Shown: positions 17,337-25,906 of the stretch, in pieces | Layout: each line of letters begins with the position of its first letter | Position numbering within the stretch: position 1 is the first letter of the stretch | Origin: Pseudomonadota bacterium | GTDB lineage: Bacteria; Pseudomonadota; Alphaproteobacteria; Rhodobacterales; Rhodobacteraceae | DNA length: 44,257 nt | NCBI GenBank assembly: GCA_038527425.1 | Contig: JBCBFV010000001.1 | Location: forward strand, 1-44,257 | Direction of reading: 5' to 3' | Made by a program: the position numbers and the translations under genes | Notes under the pieces: generated by a model | Databases searched by the model: none | Told to the model about the DNA's origin: nothing | The model's input: the letters and a program-made list of their open reading frames with translations, nothing else

Positions 17337-18467
17337 ATGAAACGACTACTCGCACTTTCGACGGCGATCGCGCTGGGCGCATCGGGCGCCATGGCCGACA
17401 CCAAGATCGGGATGATCACCACGCTATCGGGTGGCGGCGCAGGCCTCGGCATCGACGTACGTGACGGCTTTATGCTGGCCATTGCGCAATCTGGGCGTGA
17501 CGACGTTGAGGTCGTCATTGAGGACGACCAGCGCAAGCCTGACATCGCTGTGCAGCTCGCCGATAAGATGATCCAGTCCGAGAAGGTCGACATCATGACC
17601 GGCATCATCTGGTCGAACCTCGCCATGGCCGTGGTGCCGTCGGCGGTGAACCAGGGTGTCTTCTACCTGTCGCCCAACGCAGGCCCTTCGGCGCTGGCCG
17701 GGAAGGGCTGCCACGAGAACTACTTCAACGTGGCATGGCAGAACGACAACCTGCACGAAGCAGCAGGCGCCTATGCCAATGGCACGGGCTACGAGAACTC
17801 CTTCATCCTTGCGCCGAACTATCCGGCGGGGAAGGACGCGCTGACGGGTTACAAGCGCTTCTTCGAGGGTGAGATCGCCAATGAGATCTACACCCAGCTG
17901 GGCCAGACCGACTACGCCGCTGAGATCGCGCAGATCCGTGCGTCGGGTGCAGACAGCGTCTTCTTCTTCCTGCCGGGCGGCATGGGGATTTCTTTCCTCA
18001 AGCAATATGCCGACAGCGGCGTGGACCTGCCTGTGGTGGGGCCGGCGTTCTCTTTCGACCAGGGCATCTTGCAGGCCGTGGGTGGCGCGGCGCTGGGCGT
18101 GGTGAACACCTCCCAGTGGAACAAGGACATCGACAACGCCACGAACGCGGCCTTTGTGGAGAGCTTTTCTGCCGAATACGGCCGCCTTCCGTCGCTCTAC
18201 GCGAGCCAGGGTTTCGACACGGCAAATCTGATCCTCTCGGCGCTTGATAAAGCGTCGGCGGACGACGCAGGCGCCTTCCGTGACGCCCTGCGCGCGGCAG
18301 ACTTTGACAGCACGCGCGGCGATTTCGCCTTTGGTCCGAACCACCATCCGGTGCAGACGATCTACGCGCGCGAAGTGATTCAAGAAGGTGACGTCTTTAC
18401 CAACAAGACGCTTGGTGTGGCCCTCGCAAACCACTCTGACGCCTACGCGGGTGACTGCAAAATGTGA
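17337..18467 (+). CDS. LIV/HAAT-family ABC transporter substrate-binding protein (aromatic-acid-binding subgroup-like)
   Basis: Signal peptide; KIGMITTLSG, GIIWSN, APNYPAGKD and FFLPGGMG; SD GGGAGG. Confidence 0.9.
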   Translation: MKRLLALSTAIALGASGAMADTKIGMITTLSGGGAGLGIDVRDGFMLAIAQSGRDDVEVVIEDDQRKPDIAVQLADKMIQSEKVDIMTGIIWSNLAMAVVPSAVNQGVFYLSPNAGPSALAGKGCHENYFNVAWQNDNLHEAAGAYANGTGYENSFILAPNYPAGKDALTGYKRFFEGEIANEIYTQLGQTDYAAEIAQIRASGADSVFFFLPGGMGISFLKQYADSGVDLPVVGPAFSFDQGILQAVGGAALGVVNTSQWNKDIDNATNAAFVESFSAEYGRLPSLYASQGFDTANLILSALDKASADDAGAFRDALRAADFDSTRGDFAFGPNHHPVQTIYAREVIQEGDVFTNKTLGVALANHSDAYAGDCKM

Positions 18468-18473
18468 TCCAGC

Positions 18474-18504
18474 GCCCGCCCCGGCCATGCGTGCCGGGGC
18501 GGGC
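18474..18504 (+). terminator. intercistronic stem-loop after the SBP gene (mRNA stabiliser or attenuator)
   Basis: GCCCGCCCCGGC / GCCGGGGCGGGC 12-bp perfect stem with 7-nt loop; no U-tract. Confidence 0.5.
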
Positions 18505-18520
18505 CCTTAAGGGCACGTAG

Positions 18521-19441
18521 ATGTCTACCATCCTCATCCTCGAGCAGGTCCTGAACGGGCTCCAGTTCGGCATCATGCTTTTTTTGATGGCGGCCGGGCT
18601 GACGCTGATTTTCGGCGTGATGGGGCTGATTAATCTCGCGCACGGCTCGCTCTACATGGTGGGCGCTTTCGCGGCGGCGGCTGTGGCGGGGGCGACGGGG
18701 TCGTTCCTACTCGCGCTGGCGGCGGCCTTGGCTGCGGCTGCGGTGGCCGGGGCCATTATCGAGATCGTGGTAATCAGGCGGCTCTATCGGGCCGCCCACC
18801 TTGATCAGGTGCTTGCGACCTTCGCGCTGATTCTGATCTTCTCAGAAGGCACCCGATGGGTCTTTGGATCCTTCCCGCTCTTCCTTGACGTGCCAAGCTA
18901 TCTGTCCGGCCCGGTCACGCTGCCGGGCGGCATCCAATACCCGCTCTACCGTCTCGCTCTCATCGCTGTCGGCCTCGCGGTGGCAGTCTTCCTCTGGTGG
19001 CTCACAGCGCGCACGCGCATCGGTATCCAGATCCGCGCGGGCGAGAATGATCGGGAGATGATCGCAGCCCTCGGCGTCGATATCTCCCGCCTTTACACGC
19101 TGGTATTCGCCTCGGGCGCGGCGCTGGCGGGGCTGGCGGGCGCGCTCGTTGGGGCGATCCAATCCGTGCAGGTCGGCATGGGGGAGCCTGTGCTCATCCT
19201 CGCCTTCGTTGTGATCGTCATCGGAGGGATTGGCTCCATCAAAGGTGCCTTCATCGGCGCCGTGCTCGTGGGCCTGACCGACACGCTAGGCGGCATCTTC
19301 CTGCCCGAGCTCTTCAAACTCTTTATGGAGCCGGGTGCTGCTACGCAGACGGGCTCCGCCTTGGCCTCCATGGCGGTCTACATCCTTATGAGCCTTGTTC
19401 TCATCTGGCGCCCCACGGGCCTTTTCGGAGCGCGGGCATGA
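18521..19441 (+). CDS. branched-chain amino acid-type ABC permease (LivH-like)
   Basis: GLTLIFGVMGLINLAHG, GIQIRAG and AFVVIVIGGIGS. Confidence 0.92.
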   Translation: MSTILILEQVLNGLQFGIMLFLMAAGLTLIFGVMGLINLAHGSLYMVGAFAAAAVAGATGSFLLALAAALAAAAVAGAIIEIVVIRRLYRAAHLDQVLATFALILIFSEGTRWVFGSFPLFLDVPSYLSGPVTLPGGIQYPLYRLALIAVGLAVAVFLWWLTARTRIGIQIRAGENDREMIAALGVDISRLYTLVFASGAALAGLAGALVGAIQSVQVGMGEPVLILAFVVIVIGGIGSIKGAFIGAVLVGLTDTLGGIFLPELFKLFMEPGAATQTGSALASMAVYILMSLVLIWRPTGLFGARA

Positions 19442-20421
19442 TTGCGGAGCGCTGGATCAACTGGATCGTGCTTTTGGGCTTTGTCGTGCTCCCGCTCTGG
19501 GCGCTTTTTGCCGATGAGCCGTTCACGATCACCCTGGCCACACGCGCCGTTATCCTCGCGCTGGCGGCTGTTGGCCTCAATATCGCACTAGGCATCGGTG
19601 GGCTTGTAAGCCTTGGGCACGCAGTCTTCTTTGGCCTCGGCGGTTACGCCATGGGCATCCTTGCCCACCACGCCCAGACCTATGCCCCACTGGAGCTTGG
19701 TCCCCTTGTGATCGAGGGCACCAAGTCCATGCCGATCATCTGGGTGACGGCCCTCGTCACCTCCGCGCTGGCGGCGTTGGTGATCGGGCTTTTGTCGCTG
19801 AGGACGACGGGCATCTACTTCATCATGATCACGCTCGCCTTCGGGCAGATGTTCTTCTTCTTCTCGATTTCGTGGAGCGCGTATGGCGGGGAAGACGGGC
19901 TTTCGATCTACGTCCGCAACGATTTCCCGGGCCTCAATACGCTCCAACCCATCCAGTTCTTCGGCCTGTGCTTGGCGGTGCTGTGCATCGCTCTGGGCAT
20001 CCATAGCCGCCTGCGCGCGTCCCCATTTGGCTTGGCGCTGAACGCCGCGCGGCAGGCGCCAGAGCGGGTGGAGACGGTGGGCCTCAACCCGATGCGCCTC
20101 AAGCTTCTGGCCTTCGTCATCTCGGGCGCTTTGACGGGGCTCGCAGGCGCGCTCTTTGCCGATCTCAACCGCTTCGTGAGCCCCACGATGTTCAGCTGGC
20201 AGCTCTCTGGCGAGCTGATCGTTCTCATCATCATTGGTGGGGTAGGGCGCTTGATGGGGCCTGTCATAGGTGCCGCGCTCTTTGTGGCGCTGGAGCACCT
20301 TCTGGGCGGGCTGACGGAGTTCTGGCTCGTCTGGCTGGGCGTGATCCTCCTGCTCATCGTGCTTTTCGCGCGGGGCGGGATCATCGGCATTTTGACAGGC
20401 AAGGCAGGTCCCAATGTCTGA
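19438..20421 (+). CDS. branched-chain amino acid-type ABC permease (LivM-like)
   Basis: GLVSLGHAVFFG, YFIMITLAFGQM and GGEDGL. Confidence 0.92.
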   Translation: MIAERWINWIVLLGFVVLPLWALFADEPFTITLATRAVILALAAVGLNIALGIGGLVSLGHAVFFGLGGYAMGILAHHAQTYAPLELGPLVIEGTKSMPIIWVTALVTSALAALVIGLLSLRTTGIYFIMITLAFGQMFFFFSISWSAYGGEDGLSIYVRNDFPGLNTLQPIQFFGLCLAVLCIALGIHSRLRASPFGLALNAARQAPERVETVGLNPMRLKLLAFVISGALTGLAGALFADLNRFVSPTMFSWQLSGELIVLIIIGGVGRLMGPVIGAALFVALEHLLGGLTEFWLVWLGVILLLIVLFARGGIIGILTGKAGPNV

Positions 20422-21163
20422 GCCCGTCCTCGCCACCCGGAACCTCAAGAAGGCCTTCGGCGCTCTGCAAGCCACCGATGACGTGTCGATCGACCTTCGC
20501 GCGGGAGAGATTCACGCCATCATCGGGCCCAATGGGGCGGGCAAGTCCACGCTGATTGCTCAGATATGCGGTGGCTACCGGCCAGACGAGGGCACCGTCC
20601 ATCTGGCCGGGGTCGACGTCACCGGGCTGTCGACTGCAGAGCGCGCGCAACGGGGTCTCGGGCGGACCTTTCAGATTTCGGCGCTCGCGATGGAAGACAC
20701 GGTGCTCGAAAACGCGCTGCTCGGTGCGGTGGGGCATGCCCGCAAGCCGTGGCGCCTGTGGGGGGCCGTAGACCGCGATGCAACGCTCCGCGACCGCGCG
20801 ATGGAGGCTCTGGAGCGCGTGGGGATTGCCGACCTTGCGGACCAGATCACCGCGAACCTTAGCCACGGTCAGAGGCGCCAACTGGAGGTCGCAGTGGCCC
20901 TCACCTTGGCGCCGAAGGCTTTCATCATGGATGAACCCATGGCGGGCCTCGGGGCCGAGGGATCAAAAGTCATGACGACGTTCCTCGATGGGCTACGCAG
21001 CGAGGCGCCCATCCTCCTCGTGGAGCATGATATGGACGCGGTCTTTGCGCTGGCCGACCGGATCAGCGTGCTCGTCTACGGCCGCGTCATCGCCACCGGA
21101 TCGGTCGAGGAAATCCGCAACTCCCGCGAGGTGCGCGAAGCCTACCTGGGGGAGGAAGCATGA
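20414..21163 (+). CDS. ABC transporter ATP-binding protein (LivG-like)
   Basis: GPNGAGKST, GRTFQ, LSHGQRR, DEPMAGL, VEHDM and VREAYLG. Confidence 0.92.
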   Translation: MSEPVLATRNLKKAFGALQATDDVSIDLRAGEIHAIIGPNGAGKSTLIAQICGGYRPDEGTVHLAGVDVTGLSTAERAQRGLGRTFQISALAMEDTVLENALLGAVGHARKPWRLWGAVDRDATLRDRAMEALERVGIADLADQITANLSHGQRRQLEVAVALTLAPKAFIMDEPMAGLGAEGSKVMTTFLDGLRSEAPILLVEHDMDAVFALADRISVLVYGRVIATGSVEEIRNSREVREAYLGEEA

Positions 21164-21846
21164 CCCTCCTGAAGGTGGAAAACCTGCATGCGTCTTATGG
21201 GCCTGTGCCTGCACTCTTTGGTGTCGATCTTGAGCTCGCGGCGGGCGAAGTGCTCGCCCTGATGGGCCGCAATGGGATGGGCAAGACCACGACGGTGAAG
21301 GCCATCTGCCGGATGATCCCGGCGAGTGGCGGGCTCTTGTTTGATGGACAAGACCTGCACCGGATGCCCAGCCACGCTGTCGCCCGCCTCGGCCTTGGGC
21401 TTGTGCCAGAAGGCCGCCGCTGTTTCCGGGATTTGACGGTCGAAGAGAACTTAATCGCAGCTGCCCGTCGCGGCGAATGGACGTTGCAACGGGTTACCGC
21501 GCTCTTCCCGCCTCTGGAGGCCCGCCGGGCCCAACGCGCGGCGTCTCTCTCGGGCGGTGAGCAGCAGATGCTCGCGATTGGCAGAGCCCTCATGACGAAC
21601 CCAAGGCTCCTGATCTTGGACGAGGCGACCGAAGGGCTCGCCCCCATCGTCCGGCAAGAGATCTGGTCCGCCATCACCGCTATCAAGCAGGAAACCGGGG
21701 TGGCGATCTTGCTGATCGACAAAAGCCTGCGAGAGCTTGTGCAAGTGGCTGACAGGGCAGTGATCCTTGGGCGGGGCAAAACGGTTTGGTCCGGCACCAT
21801 GGCAGAGGTCACCGCAGATGTCGCGCGCGACTATGTAGGCATCTGA
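21160..21846 (+). CDS. ABC transporter ATP-binding protein (LivF-like)
   Basis: GRNGMGKTT, VPEGRR, LSGGEQQML and LDEATEGLAP. Confidence 0.92.
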   Translation: MTLLKVENLHASYGPVPALFGVDLELAAGEVLALMGRNGMGKTTTVKAICRMIPASGGLLFDGQDLHRMPSHAVARLGLGLVPEGRRCFRDLTVEENLIAAARRGEWTLQRVTALFPPLEARRAQRAASLSGGEQQMLAIGRALMTNPRLLILDEATEGLAPIVRQEIWSAITAIKQETGVAILLIDKSLRELVQVADRAVILGRGKTVWSGTMAEVTADVARDYVGI

Positions 21847-21952
21847 GCAAAAGCCATCTTGACCGCTTGGTGCGTGCTGCCTGACGGCTTCGTGATGTCT
21901 TCGTGGGAAGGTTTTTATTGCTTGCTTAAGGTCGCCCCGGCAGGACGCTCCA

Positions 21953-22666
21953 ATGGAATTCATTTTCGCATATGCGGCTGGCCTGCTGACGCTCATCAAT
22001 CCTTGCGTGCTGCCCGTGCTGCCCATCGTTCTGGTGTCTTCTCTGAACGCGAGCCGGATGGGGCCTGTGGCGCTGGCTGCTGGGATGAGCCTGTCCTTCG
22101 TGGTCTTCGGCGTGCTGGTGACGGCCTTTGGGTCAGCGATCGGGCTCACGCAGGATGTGTTGGCGCAGATCGGGGCCGTGGTGATGGTGCTCTTTGGGAT
22201 CGTGCTTCTCGTGCCGCAATTCGCATCGCGTTTCGAGATGGCAACGGCTGGGCTGGCTTCCGGGGCCGACCAGCGCATGAACAGCGTCGATCAGAATAGC
22301 GTCAGCGGGCAATTCGTTGGCGGGCTGCTTCTGGGGGCTGTCTGGTCGCCCTGCATTGGGCCGACGCTTGGGGGTGCGATCGCCTTGGCCTCGCAAGGCG
22401 AAAGCCTTGGCTACGTGACGCTGATCATGGCCTTCTTTGCGCTGGGCGTCTCAACCCTGATCCTTGGCCTCGGGCTTGGCGCGCGGGAAGCGCTACGCCG
22501 CCGGGCGAATGCCCTCCGCGGCTTGGCGGAGCGCTCAAAACCCATCCTCGGAGCGACCTTCGTGCTCGTCGGCGCGATGCTCCTCTTCAAAGTTCACCAT
22601 ATGCTGGAGGCATGGGCGCTGAGCGTCATGCCCTACTGGCTCCAAGACCTATCTGTCGCCCTCTAA
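21953..22666 (+). CDS. CcdA/DsbD-beta family thiol-disulfide electron transporter
   Basis: Two membrane Pro-Cys motifs (INPCVLP, WSPCIGP) and 6 TM helices. Confidence 0.9.
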   Translation: MEFIFAYAAGLLTLINPCVLPVLPIVLVSSLNASRMGPVALAAGMSLSFVVFGVLVTAFGSAIGLTQDVLAQIGAVVMVLFGIVLLVPQFASRFEMATAGLASGADQRMNSVDQNSVSGQFVGGLLLGAVWSPCIGPTLGGAIALASQGESLGYVTLIMAFFALGVSTLILGLGLGAREALRRRANALRGLAERSKPILGATFVLVGAMLLFKVHHMLEAWALSVMPYWLQDLSVAL

Positions 22667-22680
22667 AAGTGGAGATTGCC

Positions 22681-23079
22681 ATGAACCGTCGTACCTTCTT
22701 CGCCGTCGCTGCTGCCGCTGCGTTCGTCGCTCCGGCAGCCAGTGCCGAGGAATTCGTAACCTACAAACCCGGCCTCATCGAAGAACGGCTCGCCGCTGGC
22801 GAAACGGTGTTCGTGGATTTCGGCGCTGACTGGTGCTCCACCTGTGCGAGCCAGGAGCGCACCATCAACGCCTTGCGCGAAGAAAACCCAGCCTATGATG
22901 AGGCGATGACCTTCGTGAAGGTCGATTGGGATGACTTTGGGCGCGCTCCCGTTGCGACATCGCGCAACATTCCGCGCCGCTCCACATTGCTCGTCCTGCG
23001 CGGCGACGATGAGCTTGGCCGCATCATCGCCGGAACGCGCCGTGGCCAGATCAAACAGCTGATGGATCTGGGCCTCTAA
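22681..23079 (+). CDS. exported thioredoxin family protein
   Basis: ATG 22681 after GGAG; signal MNRRTFFAVAAAAAF...ASA; active site WCSTC. Confidence 0.9.
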   Translation: MNRRTFFAVAAAAAFVAPAASAEEFVTYKPGLIEERLAAGETVFVDFGADWCSTCASQERTINALREENPAYDEAMTFVKVDWDDFGRAPVATSRNIPRRSTLLVLRGDDELGRIIAGTRRGQIKQLMDLGL

Positions 23080-23093
23080 TCCTTCAGGATTGC

Positions 23094-23117
23094 GGGTCAG
23101 CTTTCGGCGGCTGACCC
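23094..23117 (+). terminator. stem-loop downstream of thioredoxin
   Basis: GGGTCAGC / GCTGACCC inverted repeat. Confidence 0.4.
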
Positions 23118-23281
23118 AACCACGCTGCGCTAGTCGGGTTCGCGGGGCTTAAGCCGTGGCGGGTTGTCTCTGGCGCGTCCCGTGCGCAGCAAACACGCCG
23201 CGGTTCACCGCAAGTTTACCCCTACCTCCTATCCAAGTCGGGCAACCAACGGGCCAGCGCCCGCGACGAGGGGGAAAGAAC

Positions 23282-25003
23282 TTGGATGATCTGAGGTCCG
23301 AAAACGGGGGACTATCTCTCGAGAAGATCGTCAGAAGCGTTCACAGGTACACAAGCGACGTTATCGTCATCAGTGAGGCCGAACCGGTGGATCAGCCGGG
23401 GCCGCGCATCGTTTTCGTGAACGACGCCTTTGTGAAGCACACGGGCTATTCCAGAGAGGAGGCCATCGGGCAAAGCCCGCGCATTCTTCAGGGCCCAAAG
23501 ACAGACAAAGCGACAACCAACCGTATTCGGGAACGCCTCAAGGCTTGGATGCCCGTGCGCGAGCAAGTCCTGAATTATCGAAAGGATGGCAGCGAATTCT
23601 GGGCCGAGCTCAGCATCGTGCCTGTGGCTGATGAGGCAGGGTGGTGGACCTACTGGGTTTCAGTCCAACGTGATATCACCGAAGCCAAGCAACGCGAGCA
23701 TTCGATCGAGGTGCAACGCGATACCCTGCAGGACACGCTGTCTGATCTGTCGCGCGCCCATAGGGTCGATGATCTTACAGGTCTCGGCAATAAGCATGAG
23801 CTTCAGGCTTGGGCCGCAAAAGCACCGCCCGGTGCAGATATCGCCTTTCTCAACATCAGGTTGGATGGTCTCAGCGGGATCATCGGGACCTATGGTCAGG
23901 CCACGGCTGACGCGGTGCTCCGCAGGGTCGCCTCGCGGCTTCGCACCAAGGCGCAGGAAAAGCGGGATTTGCCAGTCCGGTTGGGGGAACGGGAGTTTGG
24001 CTTGGCGTCGATGGCAGGTGATGCTCGGGACTGGGTCGCTTTCGGAAAGGAAGTAACTGACCGCCTGTCGGACCCGATCGACTACAACGGGCATCCCTGC
24101 TCGATTTCATGCCGCGCCGGTTTTGCCAGTGGACCGCTAGAGCAGTTGAAGTGCGGCGACCTCATCGCGAAGGCCCGAGATGCTCGATCGCAAACGGCGC
24201 CCGTGGGCACGCCACAAGTGCTTGCCTACGAGGACAGTGTCGCGCAGGCGATCTCGGACGCGCAGGGCCTCGCCAAGGATTTTGGCCTTGCGATTTCACG
24301 CAAGGAAGTTGGCCTCCACCTGATGCCGCAGGTCTCGGCGCATACCGGAAGTGTGACCGGATATGAGGCTTTAAGTCGCTGGAATCATGAGGAATTTGGC
24401 CTGATGATGCCGAGCCAGTTCATGCCATTGGCCGCGCAAATGAACCTCTTGCCCGAACTTGACCGAGCGATGCTTGAAAAAGCCGTTGCGGCGCAAGCAC
24501 AGATCAGTGCGATGGCGGGTCGATGTATCCCTGTCTCGGTGAATGTCTCGGCGCTCAGTTTGTTCAATGACGCTTTCGTGGCCGATCTCTTGAACGTCTC
24601 AAACCCGAACGGGTCTCTGGCCTTAGAGATTGTGGAGGATCACGTGCTAAAGGGCGATGAGCAGGGGGCATTGGGAACGTTGGAACGCGTACGCAGTGCC
24701 GGGTACCGGATCGATCTGGATGACTTTGGCTCGGGGTCGTCGTCGATCGTGGGCCTCACGAAGCTGCGCCCGGACAGGCTCAAGATTGATCACCGGCTGA
24801 CGTTGCCGATCTTGGACTCTATCGAAAAGCTCAAACTGGCCGAGGCGATCGTGTCCGTGGGCAAGGCGCTCAATATCCCGCTGATTGCCGAAGGCGTACA
24901 AACCGAAGCGCATGCGAGGAAGCTCAGGAAGCTCGGGGTGGATCACTTCCAGGGCTACTTCATCGGGCAACCGCAGCCTTTGGAAACCCTTGAACCGGCG
25001 TGA
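23282..25003 (+). CDS. PAS (LOV-like)-GGDEF (degenerate)-EAL c-di-GMP phosphodiesterase
   Basis: Probable TTG start at 23282 after GAGGGGG (track extends to 23156). PAS IVFVNDAF..TGYS..GQSPRILQGPKT..NYRKDG; DDLTGLGN..RLGEREF; YEALSRW, LEIVE, DDFGSG and AEGVQ. Confidence 0.87.
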   Translation: MDDLRSENGGLSLEKIVRSVHRYTSDVIVISEAEPVDQPGPRIVFVNDAFVKHTGYSREEAIGQSPRILQGPKTDKATTNRIRERLKAWMPVREQVLNYRKDGSEFWAELSIVPVADEAGWWTYWVSVQRDITEAKQREHSIEVQRDTLQDTLSDLSRAHRVDDLTGLGNKHELQAWAAKAPPGADIAFLNIRLDGLSGIIGTYGQATADAVLRRVASRLRTKAQEKRDLPVRLGEREFGLASMAGDARDWVAFGKEVTDRLSDPIDYNGHPCSISCRAGFASGPLEQLKCGDLIAKARDARSQTAPVGTPQVLAYEDSVAQAISDAQGLAKDFGLAISRKEVGLHLMPQVSAHTGSVTGYEALSRWNHEEFGLMMPSQFMPLAAQMNLLPELDRAMLEKAVAAQAQISAMAGRCIPVSVNVSALSLFNDAFVADLLNVSNPNGSLALEIVEDHVLKGDEQGALGTLERVRSAGYRIDLDDFGSGSSSIVGLTKLRPDRLKIDHRLTLPILDSIEKLKLAEAIVSVGKALNIPLIAEGVQTEAHARKLRKLGVDHFQGYFIGQPQPLETLEPA

Positions 25004-25154
25004 ACCGCTCGGGCGTTTGCCGCGCGGTGGAACTTGTCGGCGCGCCGTGGCGCATAGCTGTCCTGTGCACACCCTGAGCCTAGTGGCCTGCAAAACCCCT
25101 CCACACTCCATCAATCTCACTTGCAGCGCCTGCAACACCGCCATGTGGGGTCAA

Positions 25155-25262
25155 CCGTTGCGCTGAGGCGTTGGACGCATAGAGTGCTCGCCACGCTTAA
25201 GAGGCGTGCACGTTTGCGAGGCTTGGGGACGGCTCCCGTCCAGCGTTGTAGGACGGGAGACT
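25155..25262 (+). ncRNA. structured leader RNA resembling the alphaproteobacterial speF leader (alpha-r45)
   Basis: CCGTTGCGCTGAGGCGTTGGACGCATAGAGTGCTCGCCACGCTTAAGAGGCGTGCAC; hairpin 25184-25192/25203-25211 and 9-bp hairpin 25233-25241/25251-25259; promoter-like TTGCAG at 25121. The family match is from memory only. Confidence 0.45.
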
Positions 25263-25297
25263 TCTTGGCGGTCGCGCATGTAGGGGAGGCGAACTTC

Positions 25298-25903
25298 GTG
25301 GCTAGAGTAATGGTGATCTACACGCACCCCGGTCAGCGCTTCAGTCGCGCCAATGTCGCCATGGCGAAGGCTGCCGCGGGCGTCGATGATATTACCTTTG
25401 TTGATCTCTACGCGGAGTACCCGCGCCATGACATCAACGTTGAAAAAGAACAGGCGCGCCTTCTGGCGCATGACGTGATCGTCTTTCAGTTCCCAGTTTT
25501 CTGGTACTCCTCACCGAGCCTCCTGAAAGAATGGCAGGACCTCGTTCTGCAATACGGATTTGCCTACGGCCACGATGGCAAAGCACTTGTCGGAAAGACG
25601 CTCATGCTTGCGGTGACAGCCGGTGGACCAGAAGATGCCTACCGGAAAGGCGGCTACCAGCAGCACGCGCTCCGCGACTTCTTGGTCCCGTTCCAGCAAA
25701 CAGCGGGGCTTTGCGGCATGAAATTTGCGCCTCCGTTTGCGCTTTATGGCGCGCTCGGCGCGAAGCCGGAGGAAGAGATCGCCACCCATGCTTCGGCCTA
25801 CGCCGCGCTCTTAACGGCCATCCGAGACGACGCCTGTGATCTCGAGGATGACGGAAAGGCCGTCGTTCAGGCCTCGACACTTTCCAAGCGGATCAAGGGG
25901 TAA
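25298..25903 (+). CDS. kefF: KefF/KefG-type NAD(P)H oxidoreductase (flavodoxin-fold ancillary protein of the K+ efflux system)
   Basis: GTG 25298 after GGGGAGG; YTHP..RFSRAN, DLYAEYP, QFPVFWYSSPSLLKEWQD and GFAYG; 3 bp upstream of kefC. Confidence 0.88.
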   Translation: MARVMVIYTHPGQRFSRANVAMAKAAAGVDDITFVDLYAEYPRHDINVEKEQARLLAHDVIVFQFPVFWYSSPSLLKEWQDLVLQYGFAYGHDGKALVGKTLMLAVTAGGPEDAYRKGGYQQHALRDFLVPFQQTAGLCGMKFAPPFALYGALGAKPEEEIATHASAYAALLTAIRDDACDLEDDGKAVVQASTLSKRIKG

Positions 25904-25906
25904 GTC

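Noticed and set aside
21880-21898. Imperfect palindrome CCTGACGGCTTCGTGATG upstream of ccdA
   Set aside because: Weak symmetry and no assignable regulator.
23156-23281. Track N-terminal extensions (also 3092, 9457, 11010, 12015, 22612, 25121, 28675, 37440, 39967)
   Set aside because: They lack SD sequences or overlap neighbouring genes; better starts lie downstream.
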